From assembly GCF_964355755.1 (NCBI RefSeq), contig NC_092671.1, positions 15,562,001 to 15,626,000 on the forward strand: DNA of 64,000 nucleotides, in the 5' to 3' direction. Positions 54,395-64,000 of this stretch are shown in pieces. Both the position numbers and the translations under genes were made by a program. Under the pieces are notes generated by a model. The model searched no databases. It was not told the origin of the DNA and was given only the letters and a program-made list of their open reading frames with translations. The first letter of the stretch is position 1, and every line of letters begins with the position of its first letter. The DNA is from Antedon mediterranea (Eukaryota; Animalia; Echinodermata).

Positions 54395-57300
54395 AATAAT
54401 TTTCGAAAATTTCCCTGTACTATAGTACAGGAATTTTTCAAAAAATGGCAAATTTTCGACCTTTTTATTTTTCGATAAAACTGGTTATAATAGCACAATT
54501 GACATGCGCTGAACTCATTATTCGACCCGGCGTATGTTTATTATGCAATAGTAACCATTTATGTCAAAATATAAAAGGGTCGAAAATCGGCAATTTTTCA
54601 AAAATTTCCCTGTACTATAGTACAGGGATTTTTAAAAAAATGGCAATTTTCAACCTTTTTTTTTCTCGATAAAACTGGTTACTATAGCACAATTGACATG
54701 CGCAGAATCCATTATTCGCCTCTGCGCATGTTTATTATGCTATCTTAACCATTTATGTAAAAACTTCTCTGCGCATGTTTATTATGCAATAGTAACCATT
54801 TATGTCAAAAAATAAAAGGGTGGAAAATCGGCAATTTTTCAAAAATTTCCCTGTACTATAGTACAGGAATTTTTCAAAATATGGCAAATTTTCGACCTTT
54901 TTATTTGTCGATAAAACTGGTTAACCACTTTTGACACAAATGGTTACTATAGCATAATAAACATGCGCAGAGTCGAATATTGGGTTCTGCGCATGTCAAT
55001 TTTGCTATAGTAACCGTTTATGTCAAATATGGTTATGATAGCACAATTGACATGCGCATAACCCATTATTCGACTCTTCGCATGTTTATTATGATATAGT
55101 AACCATTTATGTCAAAACTGGATACTGTAGCACAATTGACATGCGCAGAACCCATTATTCGTCTCTTCGCATGTTTATTATGCTATAGTAACCATTTATG
55201 TCAAAAACTGGTTACTGTAGCACAATTGACATGCGCAGAACCCATTATTCGTCTCTGCGCATGTTTATTATGATATAGTAACCATTTTTGTCAAAAAATA
55301 AAAGGGTCGAAAATCGGCAATTTTTCGAAAATTTCCCTGTACTAGTATAGTACACGAATTTTTTTTTTAAATGGCCAATTTTCGACCTTTTTATTTTTCG
55401 ATAAAACTGGTTACTATAGGACAATTAACATGCGCAGAACCATTTATGTCAAAACTGGTTACTGTAGCACAATTGACATGCGCAGAACCCATTATTCGTA
55501 TCTGCGCATGTTTATTATGCAATAGTAACCATTTATGTCACAAAATTTCCCTGTACTATAGTACAGGGATTTTTCCAAAAATGGCAAATTTTCGACCTTT
55601 TTATTTTTCGATAAAACTGGTTACTATAGCACAATTGACATGCGCATAACCCATTATTCGCCTCTGCGCAAGTTTATTATGCTATAGTAACCATTTATGT
55701 CAAATATGGTTATGATAGCACAAAACAAAAGAGTCGAAAATCGGCCATTTTTTCAAAATTTCCCTGTACAGGGATTTTTTTCAAGAAAATTGCCAATTTT
55801 CGACCTTTTTATTTTTCGATAAAACTGGTTACTATAGCACAATTAACATGCGCAGAACCCATTAGTCGCCTTTGCGCATGTTTATTATGCTATAGTAACC
55901 ACTTTTGACATAAATGGTTACTATAGCATAATAAACATGCGCAGAGTCGAATAATGGGTTCTGCGCATGTCAATTGTGCTATAGTAACCATTTATGTCAA
56001 ATATGGTTATGATATCACAATTGACATGCGCAGAACCTATTATTCGACTCTGCGCATGTTTATTATGCAATAGTAACCATTTACGTCAAAAAATAAAAGG
56101 GTCGAAAATCGGCCATTTTTCGAAAATTTCCCTGTACTAATAGTACAGGAATTTTTTTTTTAAATGGCCAATTTTCGACCTTTTTATTTTTTGATAAAAC
56201 TGGTTACTATAGCACACTTAACATGTGCAGAACCCATTACTCGCCTCTGCGCATGTTTATTATGCTATAGTAACCATTTATGTCAAATATGGTTATGATA
56301 GCACAATTAACATGCGCAGAACCCATTAGTCGCCTCTGCGCATGTTTATTATGCTATAGTAACCATTTATGTCACAAAATAAAAGGGTCGAAAATCGGCA
56401 ATTTTTCGAAAATTTCCCTGTACTATAGGCTATATAGTTCAGGAATTTTTCCAAAAATTGCAAATTTTCGACCTTTTTATTTTTCGATAAAACTAGTTAC
56501 TATAGCACAATTAACATGCGCAGAACCCATTACTCGCATCTGCGCATGTTTATTATGCTATAGTAACCATTTATGTCAAATATGGTTATGATAGCACAAT
56601 TGACATGCGCAGAACCCATTATTCGACTCTGCGCATGTTTATTATGCAATAGTAACAATTTTTGTCAAAAAATAAAAGGGTCGAAAATCGGCAATTTTTC
56701 GAAAATTTCCCTGTACTAGTATAGTACACGAATTTTTTTTTTAAATGGCCAATTTTCGACCTTTTTATTTTTCGATAAAACTGGTTACTATAGGACAATT
56801 AACATGCGCAGAACCATTTATGTCAAAACTGGTTACTGTAGCACAATTGACATGCGCAGAACCCATTATTCGTATCTGCGCATGTTTATTATGCAATAGT
56901 AACCATTTATGTCACAAAATTTCCCTGTACTATAGTACAGGGATTTTTCCAAAAATGGCAAATTTTCGACCTTTTTATTTTTCGATAAAACTGGTTACTA
57001 TAGCACACTTAACATGTGCAGAACCCATTACTCGCCTCTGCGCATGTTTATTATGCTATAGTAACCATTTATGTCAAATATGGTTATGATAGCACAATTA
57101 ACATGCGCAGAACCCATTAGTCGCCTCTGCGCATGTTTATTATGCTATAGTAACCATTTATGTCACAAAATAAAAGGGTCGAAAATCGGCAATTTTTCGA
57201 AAATTTCCCTGTACTATAGGCTATATAGTTCAGGAATTTTTCCAAAAATTGCAAATTTTCGACCTTTTTATTTTTCGATAAAACTAGTTACTATAGCACA

Positions 57301-59290
57301 ATTAACATGCGCAGAACCCATTACTCGCATCTGCGCATGTTTATTATGCTATAGTAACCATTTATGTCAAATATGGTTATGATAGCACAATTGACATGCG
57401 CAGAACCCATTATTCGTCTCTGCGCATGTTTATTATGATATAGTAACCATTTTTGTCAAAAAATAAAAGGGTCGAAAATCGGCAATTTTTCGAAAATTTC
57501 CCTGTACTAGTATAGTACACGAATTTTTTTTTTAAATGGCCAATTTTCGACCTTTTTATTTTTCGATAAAACTGGTTACTATAGGACAATTAACATGCGC
57601 AGAACCATTTATGTCAAAACTGGTTACTGTAGCACAATTGACATGCGCAGAACCCATTATTCGTATCTGCGCATGTTTATTATGCAATAGTAACCATTTA
57701 TGTCACAAAATTTCCCTGTACTATAGTACAGGGATTTTTCCAAAAATGGCAAATTTTCGACCTTTTTATTTTTCGATAAAACTGGTTACTATAGCACACT
57801 TAACATGTGCAGAACCCATTACTCGCCTCTGCGCATGTTTATTATGCTATAGTAACCATTTATGTCAAATATGGTTATGATAGCACAATTAACATGCGCA
57901 GAACCCATTAGTCGCCTCTGCGCATGTTTATTATGCTATAGTAACCATTTATGTCACAAAATAAAAGGGTCGAAAATCGGCAATTTTTCGAAAATTTCCC
58001 TGTACTATAGGCTATATAGTTCAGGAATTTTTCCAAAAATTGCAAATTTGACATGCGCATAACCCATTATTCGCCTCTGCGCAAGTTTATTATGCTATAG
58101 TAACCATTTATGTCAAATATGGTTATGATAGCACAAAACAAAAGAGTCGAAAATCGGCCATTTTTTCAAAATTTCCCTGTACAGGGATTTTTTTCAAGAA
58201 AATTGCCAATTTTCGACCTTTTTATTTTTCGATAAAACTGGTTACTATAGCACAATTAACATGCGCAGAACCCATTAGTCGCCTTTGCGCATGTTTATTA
58301 TGCTATAGTAACCACTTTTGACATAAATGGTTACTATAGCATAATAAACATGCGCAGAGTCGAATAATGGGTTCTGCGCATGTCAATTGTGCTATAGTAA
58401 CCATTTATGTCAAATATGGTTATGATATCACAATTGACATGCGCAGAACCTATTATTCGACTCTGCGCATGTTTATTATGCAATAGTAACCATTTACGTC
58501 AAAAAATAAAAGGGTCGAAAATCGGCCATTTTTCGAAAATTTCCCTGTACTAATAGTACAGGAATTTTTTTTTTAAATGGCCAATTTTCGACCTTTTTAT
58601 TTTTTGATAAAACTGGTTACTATAGCACACTTAACATGTGCAGAACCCATTACTCGCCTCTGCGCATGTTTATTATGCTATAGTAACCATTTATGTCAAA
58701 TATGGTTATGATAGCACAATTAACATGCGCAGAACCCATTAGTCGCCTCTGCGCATGTTTATTATGCTATAGTAACCATTTATGTCACAAAATAAAAGGG
58801 TCGAAAATCGGCAATTTTTCGAAAATTTCCCTGTACTATAGGCTATATAGTTCAGGAATTTTTCCAAAAATTGCAAATTTTCGACCTTTTTATTTTTCGA
58901 TAAAACTAGTTACTATAGCACAATTAACATGCGCAGAACCCATTACTCGCATCTGCGCATGTTTATTATGCTATAGTAACCATTTATGTCAAATATGGTT
59001 ATGATAGCACAATTGACATGCGCAGAACCCATTATTCGACTCTGCGCATGTTTATTATGCAATAGTAACAATTTACGTCAAAAAATAAAAAGGGAACATT
59101 TCCCTGTACTATATATAGTACAGGAATTTATTTAAAAAATGGCAAATTTTCGACCTTTTTATTTTTCGATAAAACTGGTTACTATAGCACAATTAACATG
59201 CGCAGAACCCATTAGTTGCCTCTGTGCATGTTTATTATGCTATAGTAACCATTTATGTCAAAACTGGTTACTGTAGCAATTTTCGAGAAT
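54395..59290. repeat. Complex satellite of two hairpin modules with higher-order repeats; diverged modules extend over ~53200-59830
   Basis: Module A GGTTACTATAGCA-CAATTG-ACATGCGCAGA-loop-TCTGCGCATGT-TTATTA-TGCTATAGTAACC; module B AAAAGGGTCGAAAAT...CCTGTACTATAGTACAGG...ATTTTCGACCTTTT. Identical ORF-track translations recur at offsets of 791 and 2413 bp. Confidence 0.95.
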
Positions 59291-60014
59291 TTTGATAACG
59301 CAACATATGTGCATATATAGCAATATTATCGCATAATAATTGAATTTAAAAAATTGAATATTTTGGCCAAAGTTAAATTATTATGCGATAATATTGCTAT
59401 ATATGCGCATATGTTGCGTGTTATAACGTGTTATAGAGTGTTTGTAATGTCGAAAAAGAAAAGGGTTGAAATTTGGTCATTTTTAGACAATAATCCCTGT
59501 ACTATACTACAGGGATTTTTTCAAGAAATGACCAAATTTCGGCCTTTCTATTTTTCGACTTAAGTGGTCACTATTATCATAATTTACATGCGCAAAACAC
59601 GTAAAATGATACTCATTTATGAAAAAAAAATAAAAGTGTCGAAATTTTACAATTTGTCGAAAAATGGCCAAAATATGGCCTTTAAAAAAAAAAATTATTA
59701 TGCAATAATATTATTGCTATATATGCGCATATATCACGTTATCATATGATGGTGTAACATTAACCAGTAATGGTAAATACTAAAAGAGTCGAATTATGTG
59801 CGCATATAATATTGCTATATGCGTTTAAGTTTTCAGTTCGTTAAAAAGTTTGTTTGATATAAAACGCCCTCATGAACAACCGAAACATTGCACTGTGTAA
59901 GTTTTGTCAAATAATATTGCTGTATTTCCGGTTTTATAGCTAAGTTTACAGTCAGCGCCGTATAAGTAATATCAGTTCATTATTTGTTTACTACTATTTA
60001 TTACTGTGTATATA

Positions 60015-61854
60015 ATGTTCAGTCGGTTGTACAGTTGTTGGGTTTTACTGATTTTCGCAGACTTTACTTACTGTAAGAAGAAAAAGTGCTACGACGTTAA
60101 TCCATTAGTTTTGAATACTACAGTTCAGTCACCGGACGTTCTAAAATGTCCTAAAACGTGTCATTGCAAATACTGTCGACACAACCTCACACCTAGTGCA
60201 TCTATAATAACATATCTTCATTATGTTGACTGTTCAAGTCGAGGATTTACGCGGGTTCCAGTTAACGATCTACCCACTGATGCAGTTGTACTGCAATTTT
60301 CTAGGAACAGCATTTCAAAGTTGAATGCTGATACGTTTAAGAGTACTCCGATCGCAAATTATATAGACCTCTCATCAAATAAGCTAGACCACAACAATAT
60401 AGACGGTAATGCATTTCGAGGACTTGCACAGCTTCAGAAACTTAAATTATCGAACAATGGTGGGATTTCTATAGTTCATAAGAAATGGCTTGAGCCACTT
60501 ATTTCTTTACAACGGATATCTTTTGAAAATTCGCATGTGAGAGTAGTTGAGAAAGATGCATTTTCTCATCTTCAAAATCTAACCATTGTCGTGCTGAATA
60601 ACAACGGTATTCGTAAATTACCACAAGACTTGTTTCATCAATTACCAAACTTAGCTCGTGTAATTCTTCAATATAACTCGATTGCTAGTCTTCCGTCAAA
60701 CATGTTCTCCGGTTCACCTAATATACTTGAAATAAACGTAGCGTACAATCAATTAACTGGTATTACAAAAGAGGTTCACTTGCAGGACTTAAATAGTCTG
60801 CAGAAAGTGAGCCTCCAAAACAACCCGTATGCGTGTAACTGCGGAATTGTCTGGCTAAAAGAATGGCTAAATGCTACGTCGGTACAAGTGTTATCTTACG
60901 ATGAAATCAGGTGTGCAAGTGGACCGTCAGAAGTGATAACAAAGTGTGTTTCAGCGATCGATGAAGATGCGTTACATTGTCAATCGCGTATCATGCTGAT
61001 AATTGCCGTATCAAGTTCTGTTTTTGCCGTTGCTTTTAGTATAGCACTTTTAATTTTCTATCACCGATGGAATATTAGGTAAGTTAATTGGTAACTTGGT
61101 TCCGTACCAACAATAAATTATAATTGAACTTGGTGACGATTAGAACAATTTATTTAAATAAATAGAGATAGTAAAGATACAGGTAGGCCTTAGCTTGAGA
61201 CATTACCTTGCACGATTAGACTGTTTATAATCTACCTAGATACTACATAATTAGTTTGATACTTTACGTACAGTTATTTATGCGTTATCTATATTATATT
61301 TCAGATACTTTTACCAAAGACGAAAATTACGTAAGCAGTACGAACGTATTACGCAGAGTTTAGCCCCGCCCTTAGACCAAAACATACAGTACGACGCATT
61401 TATATCTTATAATAGTAAAGATCAAGATTGGATTGTCAAGGTCCTTCAGCCTACGCTAGAAGCACCTCCTTATAACCTTAAACTCTGTGTAGACTACCGG
61501 GACTTCTTGGTTGGTGAAGCCATTGCTCAAAACATTGCCAATTCTGTGAAATTCAGTCGAAAAACTGTTCTCGTCATCACTAAGAGTTTTGTACACAGTG
61601 AATGGTGTCACTTTGAAATGGAGATGGCGCATAACCGCACGTTTGATACGCACGAAGATGTGTTTGTCACCATTTTACTCGAAGATGTAAAAGTATCATC
61701 GATGCCTTTACTACTGAAGAAGGTGTTGAAAAAAAGGACGTATATTGAATGGCCGAAGGAAGAAGGTCGGGAGGCGTTTTGGATGCGTTTAGCAAGAGCA
61801 ATTGATTCACCGAATGTTCCATTAGAAGCATCACGTACCGTCACTAATTATTAA
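60015..61854 (+). CDS. Short Toll-like receptor (signal peptide, LRRNT, ~8 LRRs, LRRCT, TM, TIR), about 537 aa
   Basis: Exon 1 60015-61078 (CPKTCHC...VDCSSRGFTRVP; NPYACNC; TM IMLIIAVSSSVFAVAFSIALLIFY; donor GTAAGT). Exon 2 61305-61854 (TIR box 1 YDAFISY, box 2 LCVDYRDFLVG, SEWCHFE, box 3 FWMRL). Confidence 0.92.
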
Positions 61855-62090
61855 AGCGTCGTACGTGCACGTGGTTTTTTTTATTTGTTTCGTGTATTTG
61901 GTGCATGTACATTCATTTTATTCACTTATTGACAATTTAGAAAATAGATTTTTATTAGTTTGTAATTAGTCGATTCAAATTCCATTAGCTAACAGAATCG
62001 GGCGTTAGAATGATATCTACAATTTCAATTCTTATCTCAAGGAATTTTTTTAAACACGTAATTCCTTTTGATCGAATTAAAAGAGTTTCT

Positions 62091-62124
62091 TTGTCAAACT
62101 AGTTTAATAGTGTAGTAGAGCTTT
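62091..62124. mobile_element. MITE family A, right-end fragment
   Basis: TTGTCAAACTAGTTTAATAGTGTAGTAGAGCTTT. Confidence 0.5.
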
Positions 62125-63919
62125 ACTTCCAACGATTATCTTTAACTTGCTTCACACAGAATGATAACACTATCAACATAGTTTTGTAATAAATTCTTTA
62201 TTAGAATATAAATTAAATTAAAAGCATAGACAAAAGTACAATATGCTTTTTATTTTTTCCAAGCAATAAAAAAAAATACTGTATTGTCCTTCCATTTCAA
62301 ACAAAACTCAACTGGGCCTCTAATAATATAATGTTTTAGATATATTATGGGTTTAAAAAAATTATTTTGGCATATTATGATTCTTTGAAAGAACGAAACG
62401 TTTTTAAAATACCAAAAAATTGCAATTTTGTTTAAAGAACAAAACGTTTCACAATGGGCCAAACAATTGCAATACTTTATTTTTTTTTTTTAATATTAAA
62501 TATTTTCAGACAATATCTATAAATGTTAGTGAATGTTAGTACATTAATGTACTATGTCGTAATACTGTTGGAAACCAAGGGGGCTCTCTCTATAACAATG
62601 ACGTTGCTAAACTAAGTGGGAATCACATTTACACACATTAACTTGTGTACATCGCATTTAATATTTAAACTTTATACCCTTTAATAAATAAATCTCTTTG
62701 CACACTGTTTTCTATGTTGTATTGTTGTCTCTCAAAAGAGACTAACACACCCACTCACACACAACCAAACCAGAGTCAACATAAAGTTGAAAAAATACCA
62801 AAAACATCGCATCCATAACACAGCCAAACCCATCACCCGCCCCCACCCTCACCCATCAACAAAAAATACATCTGAAGTAGTCATAACAAAAATGGGTATA
62901 CAAATATTTATATATAACGAACCTCATAACACTACTTGAAATTCTAACATAATTCTTGCACCTATGTATCTCTCTCATCTCAAATCATTTCCATTACTCA
63001 CACTCTAAACCTCAGCTGAGTCTTAAACTCATTCTTACCTAAAATTAATTCTTACATCCAGACAGAGGGACATTTCTCACCCAAAATGATGTGTACTAAT
63101 TAGTAGTAATAACTACTTATACACTAAAAACACAAGAACTGTGTCACCCGAAATGATGTGTGCCTGCCCATGACCCAAAAGTAATCTTTTCACCCAAACA
63201 CAACCTCTTTTCTCACATCAAAATATTGACACTAGAACAACTCCAAAACCTGTTTGCCTACGCACACAGCAGAGTACTAATGAAGGCACTTAAATTGACA
63301 TTAACAATTCAATTATATCTTATTTTCACAGCAGTTATAATTTCTTTTCAATAAAAAATTCAATAAATAAAATTTCTTTACAGTGAAAATTGACACAGCA
63401 AATAGTCTCATATCTAATTTAGTAGTTGGAATTAAGACGTGCTTTAGTGTCGGTCGGTATATCATCCTAAACATAATTACTTTTTCGATTAAAGAAGAAG
63501 CCTCAATGCAAATGATTATTGCAGCGTTATTTGATGCAATTCAAATAAAAGTTTTAAAATATTAACATATATGCACATTTGACAAATACTACATTATTTT
63601 CCTTGACATCAACAAATTGTTAAAATTGTTTAGTGGCGATTTTTAAGCAGTAAATGTAAAACAACATTTGTGACCAATTTCAAGATGCAGAAATGCGAGA
63701 TATCGAGTCATCCTCCTCATCTTTTTGTAAAACATACCTATAAATAAAGTTAATTATGCAATCAATGTACCAAACACTCGTATTAATATCATTATTTTTA
63801 AGCCTACATTAATTGTATTTGTGCCTTCTAGTTGTATACATTTACCTCACATATTGTATTATTTTTTTTTTTAAACATTTATATTGATTGTTAACCCTAT
63901 TTCAATTTGAAGCATATTT

Positions 63920-64000
63920 AAGCTCTGTCTACATATCAAACTTTATGACAAAAAATGTGATGTGCCCATATATGGACACAATGTCATTTCACTACCATAT
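63920..64000. mobile_element. MITE family A copy, cut by the window end
   Basis: AAGCTCTGTCTACATATCAAACTTTATGACAAAAAATGTGATGTGCCCATATATGGAC. Confidence 0.75.

Noticed and set aside
54445-59004. Repeated Cys-rich ORFs (AQLTCAEPI...CACLLCYSNHLC)
   Set aside because: Translations of the satellite; frames break at random indels and no splice structure is evident.
54395-59290. CRISPR-like or integron-like array
   Set aside because: No unique spacers or cassette ORFs between the repeats, no cas or integrase gene, and the context is eukaryotic.
52412-59830. Functional link between the CENP-E gene and the adjacent satellite as a centromere
   Set aside because: Only proximity supports it; the array is ~5 kb and sits in gene-dense DNA.
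62250-63900. Short ORFs and C/A-skewed tract
   Set aside because: No coding signature; could be the 3' UTR of a - strand gene beyond the window, but this cannot be supported here.

Overview
AT-rich, intron-rich animal genomic DNA; the repeat families and gene content suggest a marine invertebrate, possibly an echinoderm (inference). I could splice five host genes by hand using GT-AG rules and reading-frame continuity: (1) the 3' part of a MEGF10/11-Draper/CED-1-like EGF receptor (+, 150-7153); (2) Rab11 (-, 14293-19330, 216 aa); (3) a three-exon, 115-aa Shisa-like six-cysteine single-pass membrane protein that the ORF track misses entirely (-, 20771-21963); (4) a 40-coding-exon CENP-E/kinesin-7 (+, 26132-52412, about 2753 aa) whose stalk has grown by intra-exon repeats and exon duplications; (5) a short two-exon Toll-like receptor (+, 60015-61854). 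Introns and spacers hold many non-autonomous DNA transposons, several with readable TIRs and TSDs and up to three levels of nesting, plus tRNA-derived SINEs and a young 5'-truncated Rex/Babar-type LINE. Between CENP-E and the TLR lies a 5-6.5 kb array built from two different hairpin modules, with 791-bp and 2413-bp higher-order repeats and flipped monomers. The hidden Shisa-like gene and the hairpin array are the best candidates for something undescribed. All gene models are manual and lack transcript support.
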